Source: an uncultured Fimbriimonadaceae bacterium (GTDB lineage Bacteria > Armatimonadota > Fimbriimonadia > Fimbriimonadales > Fimbriimonadaceae). Taken from it: 28,014 bases of DNA. The position numbers and the translations under genes are program-made. Shown here one piece after another: positions 18,789 through 27,352 of the stretch. Every line of letters starts with the position of its first letter. Position 1 is the stretch's first letter. The stretch lies in NCBI GenBank assembly GCA_964370995.1, contig CAYJMZ010000001.1:1-28014 (forward strand). Direction: 5' to 3'. The notes under the pieces are model-generated. The model was not told where the DNA came from. It made no database searches and saw only the letters and a program-made list of their open reading frames with translations.

Positions 18789-20950
18789 TACCGTAGGAAG
18801 TTCCTAACTTTGGCGGCGCCTTTCAGCGTGATCGTCTGCGGCTCCGGCTGCGTCGTTTGCGGGTAGTTCCGGATGGTCAGCAGAATCGAAACCACTTCGC
18901 GGGAGTCGTAATCGACGGCCACGACGTCCCCTGCCCCACTCATTTGGAAACGGTACGACACGTAAATGTTCCCAAGGGGCAACGGCACGTTCGGGTCCGA
19001 GTTGAATTGGAGGTAGCCGGCCTTGTACCGCGGTTGGATCACGGCGGACACGAAATCGGTCGGCGTGTAGGACGCCGGAGGATTCGGAAGGCCCAGCAGA
19101 CCGTAGTCCGTCGGCTCGGCCTGCGCCACGTAGTTGATGCGGTACTGGTTCGGACCCGGCGTTCCGTTGGCCCGCGTGTAGCGCACCACGGCGCCGTAGT
19201 TCGCACCGGGCTGTTGATCGGGCCCGTACACGACGTCGCTGCCCGGCACCAGCTTGGCGCGAGCAAAGCCTGTGGCGGGGTCGGGGTGCAGCGGCGAAGG
19301 CGTGCCGTCGTCGAGGGCCACCACGCGCAAATCGAGGAACCGGTGCAGGTTCGGGCGAAGGCCGGGGTAGTCGTTCCAGATCTTGTTGAACTTGCGGTTG
19401 ATCGACGCAAAGGCAGCGTCGGAGAACACGCCGACTCCAAGCCCGACGTCGTTGACCGGGGTCAGCGCGGGCCCGGTGGCCGCCACCGGAAGGTTGTCCG
19501 GGTTGGCGGGATTGACCGGCTGGGCGACGTCGCCGACCTCGGAGATGGGAAAGCCGGCCCTGACTTTGCCGCCGCGCGCGTCGAGCGCGAACGGCTCGAA
19601 GCGCGAGCGGACGGCCGCGTTGCCGAGCCAGCCCGAGCGGCCGTTGGCGGCGGTCGCCGCGCGGGAGAACGGGAAGCGCAGGCGCAGCTTCACCGCGTCG
19701 TCGTACGCCTGGATGTCGAACACCTCGATGCCCGCGGTGAGTTCCGCGCCGCCCAGGTCGGGGTCGAACACGTACGCGCTCATCCCGACCTTCGCGGGGT
19801 CGGTGCGGCCCACGACGTACTCGTTGGCCACTGGGTTGGCGCCATCCCAGCCGGCGGGCCACATGCGCACCAGCGGGTTGGACCACGCGCCGTACTCCGT
19901 GCGGTACACGTCGGGGGCGTTGGCCTCCATGCCGTCGGCCTCGTCACCCTGCCGCACGGCTGTCATTCCTTCGGCGGGCTCGTTGGTCACCCGGGTCGGG
20001 CGCATCTGGATCAGGGGGATCAGCCTCGGCACGTTGAGCACAGCGGAAGCGTTGGGCAGGTACTCCACCACGCGGGTCCGCTTGTCGTACACGGGCTGGA
20101 TCATGTCGTAGCGGGCAAGTTCCGTCACCACCGCGGCTTTGGTCAGCCAGTTTTGGATGCGCTGCGCCTTGGCTTGCCCCACGGGGGTCAGGGTGCCGCC
20201 CGTGTTTTCGACGGGCTCGGCCGACACGTCGACGCCGGGAAGAAGCGTGAAGAACGCGGGATCATCGATGTCGTCGGGGATGCCGTCGGTGTTGGCGTCC
20301 AGGAACAGCGAGGTGTTCACCACGAACTGGCCGCCCTGGAACACGAGGGGCTGGACTTCGGCGCGGTACAGCACGTACAGGTTGTCCCGGTTGGCGCTCA
20401 TCCTGGAAAGGAGGCCGTCGTAGGGGTTGTCGTACCGGCGCGGGAAGCGCGTGGCGGGGCTGGCGGGATCCGCGGCCATCGGCTGTCGAAGGCCTACGAA
20501 GTAGCGCACGATCGAGGCGCCCGGCGCGGCGGGCAGCACGACCTGGCCCTTCGGCGAACGCAGGGTGGGGTCGCCCTTGCCGGTGTTGGGATCGACGAAC
20601 GCCCCGTTCACGATCTGCGACGGGTCGCCCTCGGCGGGGACGATGATATCGAGCTTCGTGTAGGGCAGAACCACGGTCTCCGGCAGCCCATCCTTGCCCG
20701 GCACCACGATCGCGATGGACCCGGCGAGACCGGCGTTGTCGCGCACGGCGGTTCCGTTGGCGACTTCACGGGAGATCCGTTCGATCAGCAGGCGGGCGCG
20801 ATCCTGCGCCTCGGAGAACCCTTGCGCGGCCCGTGTGAGGTTGAAGCTCTGCACCACGGGCACGATGATCAGCGTCATCAAGACCGCCGTGATTCCCATC
20901 ACGGTGATCAGCTCGATCAATGTAAAGGCGCGTCTGGTTCGGGTCATCAT
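18788..20950 (-). CDS. Giant PilW-class minor pilin (720 aa)
   Basis: Start refined to ATG 20950 (GGGGAG site, ATGA overlap with the upstream stop). MMTRTRRA|FTLIELITVMGI...AQDRARLLIERISREVANG matches the PilW/GspJ-type alpha1 pattern. Confidence 0.8.
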   Translation of the reverse strand: MMTRTRRAFTLIELITVMGITAVLMTLIIVPVVQSFNLTRAAQGFSEAQDRARLLIERISREVANGTAVRDNAGLAGSIAIVVPGKDGLPETVVLPYTKLDIIVPAEGDPSQIVNGAFVDPNTGKGDPTLRSPKGQVVLPAAPGASIVRYFVGLRQPMAADPASPATRFPRRYDNPYDGLLSRMSANRDNLYVLYRAEVQPLVFQGGQFVVNTSLFLDANTDGIPDDIDDPAFFTLLPGVDVSAEPVENTGGTLTPVGQAKAQRIQNWLTKAAVVTELARYDMIQPVYDKRTRVVEYLPNASAVLNVPRLIPLIQMRPTRVTNEPAEGMTAVRQGDEADGMEANAPDVYRTEYGAWSNPLVRMWPAGWDGANPVANEYVVGRTDPAKVGMSAYVFDPDLGGAELTAGIEVFDIQAYDDAVKLRLRFPFSRAATAANGRSGWLGNAAVRSRFEPFALDARGGKVRAGFPISEVGDVAQPVNPANPDNLPVAATGPALTPVNDVGLGVGVFSDAAFASINRKFNKIWNDYPGLRPNLHRFLDLRVVALDDGTPSPLHPDPATGFARAKLVPGSDVVYGPDQQPGANYGAVVRYTRANGTPGPNQYRINYVAQAEPTDYGLLGLPNPPASYTPTDFVSAVIQPRYKAGYLQFNSDPNVPLPLGNIYVSYRFQMSGAGDVVAVDYDSREVVSILLTIRNYPQTTQPEPQTITLKGAAKVRNFLR

Positions 20951-22827
20951 TTGTCTCCCCGCTGGAGGAAGGTCTCGGTCTCGGAACGGCGCCAGTTGCG
21001 GCCCCATTGTTCGAGCGCGACCATGTTGTCTGCGGGAACCGCGCCCAGGGACAGGTACGCGGGATTTCGAAGCACGCGCACGCTCACGGAGGCTCCGCGA
21101 ACGCCGCGAACGGCATAACCGTAGGTCGTGTGGTCAAGAATCGCGGCGCTCGGATCGATGTCGAGGATGTCGACGTACGGCCCGTTCGGCTCGTTGCTCG
21201 ACGTGCGGATCACCGCGTCCACGCCTTCGAGGTGCTTCAGCGCGCCGCCGCCGTCGCGGTACCACACGTCGCCGAGGGTCACCTTGCGATCCACGTCCAT
21301 GCCCGGGAAGTACACACGGGTGTTTTCGCGCGGGTCAATCGGCGGATTCGCCACGTAGAACTGGGCCACGCCCAGGGGCAGGTTGTCGCTCGGGCGGTAG
21401 ATCGCGGCCGCCTTGAGCACCTGCACGGACCACTCGCCGACGCCATGGTACAGCGCCCGCATCTGCCGGCCTCCGAGGGTCAGCGCGGTCGCGTTGGCCG
21501 CTCCGGGCAGGGTCACCCAACCCTGTACGCCATTGGCGGAGTTGCCGTCGGCGTCCAGGAACGTCACGAGCCCGATCGACCGGTCCACCCTGTAGGAAGC
21601 GTTCGTGAGCACGCCTCCGGTGCCGAGGTCCACGATCACCATGTCCCTGGCCTCGGTGCCTCCCGCGCCATCGGGCACCTGAAATCCCAGACCCGTGTAC
21701 GGACGACCGTCCAGGCCCTGGTTGCCCAGGATCTTGAGGTTTCCGATCACCAGCCGTTGCTGCGACGGGAGGGTGTCGGTCACGCGGAACTCGTCGCGGA
21801 TCACGCGCCAGTCCAGCACGTCGTAGCTCACGCGCGCCATCAGCGGGATACGGCGGCCGTTCGGGCGGCGCTCGAAGAAGTCCGAGCCGGTCGGGTTGAA
21901 CAGCAGCAGGCCCAGGTTCTGGTCGAGCAGCTTGTACTCGTACGGCGAATTCGGCGAAAACGGTGTGCTGTTCGCCAGAAGTTCGAACCGCCGTTGAACC
22001 TGGATGGAATCGTATTCCGCCCCCAGGTACGACTCGCCGGCGGTCAACGGGGCGTAGTTGGACAGCAAGAACGCCACGTAGCCGGTGCCCGCGCGCACGG
22101 GCACGGTCGCATCGACCACGCTGTGCCGGTGGTAGCCGGTGCCGTCGCTGACCCACGCGTCGAACGACAGGCGGTAGGAGCGGTTGCTCGGGCCGCGCGG
22201 CAGCCAAATCTGGCCGGCGGCCTCGTCGGCGTCCTCGAGGTAGTAGAGGTAGTTGAGAACGCGCGCGCCAGGGTCCGGAGCGCCCTCGCGAGCCACCATG
22301 TCGTTGCCGTAAACCTGGAACAGGCTCTGGTAGATCGGGTTGAACACCACCGGTGCGAACTGCAGCACCATGAGTCCGCCGTACTCGGCCCCGATCACCC
22401 GCGGGGCGGGAACGCGCCGGCCCTCGCCGATCACCCGCCGCATGACGTTGGCGCCCGACAGGTACTGCCAGCCGCCAAGCGGGTTGTTCGAGCTGTCGTA
22501 CAGAATGCCGTTCTCGTCGAGCCCGGCGGCCACGGGCCCGAGGTCGTCCGGGCGCCGGTTCGGGTCCGCCGAGATGATCACAGAGCCTGTAAGCCACGTG
22601 TAGATGACGGGCAGGATCATCTCGGGAAGCTGGGCGTCGTTGGACTTCACCCGTTCGATCTCCGCACGCCCAAGGGCGGTGCCGATCGACGCGTCGCGGG
22701 TGTCGCGAAGGATCTTGAAGCCGCCAGGCATCACCTGAACGATCGCAAGAATGCCGACCAAGAAGATCACGATGACCACCAGGACCTCGATCAAGGTCGT
22801 GCCGGCCGTGCTCCTGTTGCGCAACAT
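20947..22827 (-). CDS. Giant PilV-class minor pilin (626 aa)
   Basis: Start refined to ATG 22827 (GAGGAG site). MLRNRSTAG|TTLIEVLVVIVIFLVGILAI resembles PilV/GspI N-termini. First of a V-W-X-Y1 ordered block. Confidence 0.78.
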   Translation of the reverse strand: MLRNRSTAGTTLIEVLVVIVIFLVGILAIVQVMPGGFKILRDTRDASIGTALGRAEIERVKSNDAQLPEMILPVIYTWLTGSVIISADPNRRPDDLGPVAAGLDENGILYDSSNNPLGGWQYLSGANVMRRVIGEGRRVPAPRVIGAEYGGLMVLQFAPVVFNPIYQSLFQVYGNDMVAREGAPDPGARVLNYLYYLEDADEAAGQIWLPRGPSNRSYRLSFDAWVSDGTGYHRHSVVDATVPVRAGTGYVAFLLSNYAPLTAGESYLGAEYDSIQVQRRFELLANSTPFSPNSPYEYKLLDQNLGLLLFNPTGSDFFERRPNGRRIPLMARVSYDVLDWRVIRDEFRVTDTLPSQQRLVIGNLKILGNQGLDGRPYTGLGFQVPDGAGGTEARDMVIVDLGTGGVLTNASYRVDRSIGLVTFLDADGNSANGVQGWVTLPGAANATALTLGGRQMRALYHGVGEWSVQVLKAAAIYRPSDNLPLGVAQFYVANPPIDPRENTRVYFPGMDVDRKVTLGDVWYRDGGGALKHLEGVDAVIRTSSNEPNGPYVDILDIDPSAAILDHTTYGYAVRGVRGASVSVRVLRNPAYLSLGAVPADNMVALEQWGRNWRRSETETFLQRGDK

Positions 22828-22879
22828 CAAAATCTCCTCATCTCCAATATCCCTTCGATCAGGCGGCACTCACGTCCAC

Positions 22880-23770
22880 CTACGGTGCGACGGCGCGCCA
22901 CGACTGGGTGTTGATCGCCCTCGAGTCAAACGTGCGGGCGCCGCCGCCCAAGAACAAGACCACATCGCGCCGGATGGCCTGCGGAACCCCGGGCGACTCG
23001 TATTCGCGGTAGTAGCTGTTCCACGTGATCACCGTGCCGTCGGGCGGATCGGTGTATCCGAGCTGCCGCGGGTCGTCGTTGGCGCTGCCCGTGGTCAGGC
23101 CCCAAGACGTCCAGAACGGCGCGTACCGGAGCTCCCAGCGGGACGGCCCCGCCACCGTGGGCACCTCGGACACGTCGTAGCCGCTGATCCGGTAGAAGTA
23201 CGACTTGATCGTCGGGTTCGCGTCGTTCTCGATGTTCTCGGCAGGGTTGTTCGGGTTCGCCCGCATCACCAAATCGCCGATGCTGAACAGCTGCCGGCTG
23301 CCCGCGGTGTCGTCGCTCGCATCCACCACGCCGTCGCCGTTCAAGTCGAGCACGGGGGCCGAGCCCACCGCGCGCGAGTCGGCCTGGGACCAGTACGCCG
23401 TGGTGATCGCGTCGTTCGCGAAACGCGCGTAGGCGGGCTGGAACGTCTTGGTGGCGTCCACGCGGCGCGGATACAGGAAGCTCCTCAACGCGTTGGCCGG
23501 AACCACGTTGCCCATGTTGGGACCCGCCGTGTAGAGCGTGGCGTATCCGAGCAGCGCGGGGGGATAAGCCCCCTGGTCCACCCGGTAAAGCTGCAACGCC
23601 GTCCGAATCGCGTTCATGTTCGCCATGTCGGCACCACGGTTCGCGCTGTCTTTCGCGCGGGCGAGCACCGGGAAGGCGATGGCCGCCAGCAACGCGATAA
23701 TGGCTATCACGGTGAGCAGCTCGATCAACGTAAAGGCACGTCTTCGAGTCATATTCTTCGTTCGCTCCAT
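22880..23770 (-). CDS. Type IV pilin-like protein (290-296 aa) with a GspG-like alpha1 region
   Basis: MTRRRA|FTLIELLTVIAIIALLAAIAFP class III signal peptide, then ADMANMNAIRTALQLYRVDQGAYP (cf. GspG-type ALDLYKLDNGRYP). Start is either 23770 or 23752. Confidence 0.85.
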   Translation of the reverse strand: MERTKNMTRRRAFTLIELLTVIAIIALLAAIAFPVLARAKDSANRGADMANMNAIRTALQLYRVDQGAYPPALLGYATLYTAGPNMGNVVPANALRSFLYPRRVDATKTFQPAYARFANDAITTAYWSQADSRAVGSAPVLDLNGDGVVDASDDTAGSRQLFSIGDLVMRANPNNPAENIENDANPTIKSYFYRISGYDVSEVPTVAGPSRWELRYAPFWTSWGLTTGSANDDPRQLGYTDPPDGTVITWNSYYREYESPGVPQAIRRDVVLFLGGGARTFDSRAINTQSWRAVAP

Positions 23771-23773
23771 GGA

Positions 23774-24841
23774 TTAACTAAAAATAGGACCGGGCAAACG
23801 CGCAAAGTGTTCCACCATTGCCTGTCCGCCGAAGGCCCAGTCGTAATATCGGCCCCACAAACCACCGAGGGGCGCCTCGAATAGCATCGCCGCCACGGCC
23901 CCCAGGGCCAGGTACGGTCCGAAGGGGATCATGGTCCGTTCTACCTCAAACTCGTCGGAGTCCTCGAGCGCCGCGAATGCGGGCTCGTGGAACCACGCCT
24001 CGTACAGCCGCGGCAAGAACAGGCCGACGACGTCGATGCACAGCAGGTAGCCGAGCCCGCATCGGAACAGCGACCCGATGGATTCGGGTTCCCACGCGGG
24101 TTCCGAACCCCTCTCGGCGTCCCCCGCGTCGGCCTTTCCCTTGAGAGCCAACACCTGCACGATCCCCAACACGGCCCCCAAGACAACCGCCAGGGCAAAA
24201 CTCACGAACGCCATGGTCGGAAACACCACGGCACCGATCCCGCGGGCGAGTTTGATATCGCCGTGGCCCATCGCGTCCTTGCCGAACAGCACGCGCCCGA
24301 ACAGCGCGATCCCCCAGAGGGCGGCCACGCCGGCGATCCATCCCGCCAGCGCGCTGGGCATGCCCCACGTGTACGCGTTGGGCGCTCCATGCACGATCAG
24401 CCACACGTTGTACGCGATTCCCACGGCCCACAGGAACGCGTTGATCTGGTCGGGAATGATGTACATCTCCCAGTCGATGAACACCACCGCCACCAGCGTC
24501 GACGCCGCGGCCGCGTAGGCGATGAACCGCGCGGGGTCCCCGCCGTCGATAAAGAACCGATACCAGAGGCCCGCCCACAGGGCCCCGTTGAGCAGCTCGA
24601 CGAAGAAGTACCGCGAGGCGACGGGCGCCTTGCAGTGGCGACACTTCCCCCGCAGGAACAGCCAGCTCAGGAGCGGCACGAGGTCCGGCACCTCGAGCGA
24701 GTGCCGGCACCGCGGACAGAAACTGCGCGGCGGGTCGGACAGCGAGATGTTCCGGGGCGTTCGGTAGACGACGACGTTGACAAAGCTCCCGACCGTGGCC
24801 CCGAGCCAAAGGCCCACGAGCCACGTCCACTCAGGAAACAA
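23774..24841 (-). CDS. pilD: Prepilin peptidase / N-methyltransferase (A24A, 355 aa)
   Basis: GSFVNVVVYR, Zn-binding CPRC...CRHC, catalytic Asp motifs FIDWE and GHGDIKL, C-terminal IPFGPYL. TTG start with GGAG site. Confidence 0.95.
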   Translation of the reverse strand: MFPEWTWLVGLWLGATVGSFVNVVVYRTPRNISLSDPPRSFCPRCRHSLEVPDLVPLLSWLFLRGKCRHCKAPVASRYFFVELLNGALWAGLWYRFFIDGGDPARFIAYAAAASTLVAVVFIDWEMYIIPDQINAFLWAVGIAYNVWLIVHGAPNAYTWGMPSALAGWIAGVAALWGIALFGRVLFGKDAMGHGDIKLARGIGAVVFPTMAFVSFALAVVLGAVLGIVQVLALKGKADAGDAERGSEPAWEPESIGSLFRCGLGYLLCIDVVGLFLPRLYEAWFHEPAFAALEDSDEFEVERTMIPFGPYLALGAVAAMLFEAPLGGLWGRYYDWAFGGQAMVEHFARLPGPIFS

Positions 24842-24888
24842 GCCGCTCCGCCAATCGCCTACCCATCCTTAGGATCGCTCAAACAGCG

Positions 24889-26115
24889 CTAACCGTCAGC
24901 GCCGGCCGACAACTTCTCAATGACGCGGACCAACGGGAGGAACATCGACACAACGATGAAGCCCACGATGAGGCCCAATCCCACGATCATGATGGGTTCG
25001 AGGGCCGCGGTCAGGGACTGCAGCGTCGATTCGACCTCGGACTCGTAGAAGTCCGCGATCTTCTGCAGCATGAAGTCGAGCGAGCCGGACTCCTCGCCGA
25101 CGCCGATCATGTGCACGACCATCGGCGGAAACAGCTTCGACGCCTCGAGAGGCTCGCCGATGCGGTCCCCTTCTCGGATGCGCGCGCGGGCCTCGAGCAC
25201 CGCGTCGGACATGATCGTGTTGCCCACGGTGCCCGCCACGGTCTCCATCGCCTGGAGGATCGGAACGCCCGAGGTCAACAGCGTGCCCATCGTGCGGCTG
25301 AACCGCGCCATACACACCTTGTGGTGGAGTTTTCCAAACACCGGGACTTTGAGCTTCATCCGGTCGGCAACGCGCCGGCCGAAGCGCGTGCTGGTGAACA
25401 TCTTCCACGAGAAAACCACGATGCCGATGGTGAGGAGAATCATCCACCAGCGGTACTTGATCAGGTCGGACAGATCGATCAGGAACTGCGTGGGTGCCGG
25501 GATGTCGTCTTTCTTGAGCCCGAGGTCCACCAGGATGTCCTTCCACTGCGGAATGAACCAGGCCACCAGGAAGATGACGATGCCGGTGGCCAGAATCAAC
25601 ACCAGCACGGGGTACGTCATGGCGGCCTTCACCTTGCGGCGCAGCTCGACGTCCTTTTCCAGGAAGTGCGAAAGGCGTTGAAGGGACTCTTCAAGCACAC
25701 CACCGACCTCGCCCGCGCGGATCAGACCGATGAACAGGTTGCTGAAGGTGCGCGGATGCCGCTGCATCGCACGCGACAGGCTTTCGCCCGACTCGACGCG
25801 CTCGCCGACCTCGACGAGGATCTTCTTGAGTTTCGGATCCTGCGTCTGCTGGCCCAGAACGTCCAGACACCGCACGAGCGAAACGCCCGCATCGACCATC
25901 GTCGAAAATTGGCGGCAGAACACCGAGAGATAGACGAGTTTGACCTTGCCGTACGACTTCTGCTTGGCCGAACGCGCCTTGATCACCGTCACCTCGGTGA
26001 TGGTGAAGCCCTGCTCCTCGAACCTCTTCCTGAGAATCTCTTCGCTTTCCGCATCGGCGGTTCCCTTCTGGGTGCCGCCGCTCGGATCTCTAAACGTATA
26101 ACCGTAGACTGGCAT
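24889..26115 (-). CDS. pilC: Type IV pilus platform protein PilC (GspF family, 408 aa)
   Basis: FCRQFSTMVDAGVSLVRCL, IRAGEVGGVLE, AMTYP, MIGVGEESGSLD and LEP motifs. Confidence 0.96.
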   Translation of the reverse strand: MPVYGYTFRDPSGGTQKGTADAESEEILRKRFEEQGFTITEVTVIKARSAKQKSYGKVKLVYLSVFCRQFSTMVDAGVSLVRCLDVLGQQTQDPKLKKILVEVGERVESGESLSRAMQRHPRTFSNLFIGLIRAGEVGGVLEESLQRLSHFLEKDVELRRKVKAAMTYPVLVLILATGIVIFLVAWFIPQWKDILVDLGLKKDDIPAPTQFLIDLSDLIKYRWWMILLTIGIVVFSWKMFTSTRFGRRVADRMKLKVPVFGKLHHKVCMARFSRTMGTLLTSGVPILQAMETVAGTVGNTIMSDAVLEARARIREGDRIGEPLEASKLFPPMVVHMIGVGEESGSLDFMLQKIADFYESEVESTLQSLTAALEPIMIVGLGLIVGFIVVSMFLPLVRVIEKLSAGADG

Positions 26116-26130
26116 TGATCTCTCCTATCG

Positions 26131-27324
26131 TCAGCGCCGGGGGGGGCTGGTGGGCGCCGTACCTGTTTGCGGCGTGTTGATCATCTTCTTCAACTCGTCG
26201 ACGTTGATTGCTCTGCTCATCGCCTCTTCCAGGGTGACGTAGCCCCGGAGGTACAGGTCCCGGAGACTCTGGTCCATCGCGATCATTCCGTGGGCCGCGC
26301 TGGTCTGAATCATAGACGGGATCTGGTGCGTTTTGTTCTCACGTATCAGGTTGCGGATGGCTGGCGAGGCGATCATCACCTCGATGGCCGGCACTCGACC
26401 CGGGGCACCCGCACGCGGCATGAGCTGCTGCGAGATGACCGCCTGAATATTGTTGGCGAGTTGGATGCGGATCTGGTCCTGCTGCCCGGGGGGAAACACG
26501 TCGATCATGCGGTCCATCGACTCGGCCGCGTTGTTGGTGTGCAGCGTTGCGAACACGAGGTGGCCGGTTTCCGCGGCGGTGATCGCCAGGGCGATCGTCT
26601 CGATGTCGCGCATTTCACCGACGAGGATCACGTCGGGATCTTCGCGAAGGGAGGCTCGGAGCGCGTTGGTGAAGCTCTTGGTGTCGCCGCCCAACTCGCG
26701 CTGGTTGATCAGGCACAACTTGTGGGTGTGCAGGTATTCGATCGGGTCCTCGATGGTGATGATGTGCGTGGACCGCGTCGTGTTGATGTGGTTGATCATC
26801 GCCGCGAGCGTCGTGGACTTGCCCGAACCCGTGGGGCCCGTCACCAGCACCAGGCCGCGGGGCTTTTCGGTGAACTTTTCAAGGATCTTGGGCAGGTTCA
26901 GATCCGAAACCGTGGGGATCTTGTTGGGAATCAGACGAAAGGCGGACGCGCAGGCGCCCCGGTCTCGGTACAGGTTCACACGGAACCGGGCGCGGCGCGG
27001 AAGGGCGTACGAAAAGTCCAACTCCAGGGTCGTTTCAAACTTGTTGATGTTCTCGTCCGAGAGGATCTCGTACATCATCCGTTGAAGCACCGAGGGCGTG
27101 AACTTTTCGAAGTTCAGCTTCTTGAGGGCGCCATCCTCGCGGATGATCGGCTCGGATTCCGTACACAGGTGCAGGTCCGAGGCGTTCTTGTCCACGACGA
27201 TGTGCAGCAACTCATCGATGTGGAGATCCTCGAGCGAGCGCGGAGTGCCCGCCTTGACGACCTCCTCCGGCGCGTTGGGGTTGCCGGAGCCTGGAAGCTG
27301 AAACCGTGGCGTTTCGTTTTGCAT
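26131..27324 (-). CDS. pilT: Type IV pilus retraction ATPase PilT (397 aa)
   Basis: ASDLHL, Walker A GPTGSGKST, TIEDPIE, Walker B REDPDVILVGEMRD, His box TLHT and the PilT-specific AIRNLIRE motif. Confidence 0.97.
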   Translation of the reverse strand: MQNETPRFQLPGSGNPNAPEEVVKAGTPRSLEDLHIDELLHIVVDKNASDLHLCTESEPIIREDGALKKLNFEKFTPSVLQRMMYEILSDENINKFETTLELDFSYALPRRARFRVNLYRDRGACASAFRLIPNKIPTVSDLNLPKILEKFTEKPRGLVLVTGPTGSGKSTTLAAMINHINTTRSTHIITIEDPIEYLHTHKLCLINQRELGGDTKSFTNALRASLREDPDVILVGEMRDIETIALAITAAETGHLVFATLHTNNAAESMDRMIDVFPPGQQDQIRIQLANNIQAVISQQLMPRAGAPGRVPAIEVMIASPAIRNLIRENKTHQIPSMIQTSAAHGMIAMDQSLRDLYLRGYVTLEEAMSRAINVDELKKMINTPQTGTAPTSPPRR

Positions 27325-27352
27325 GTTCTCTCGTGTTGTTCCTTTCGTAGAA

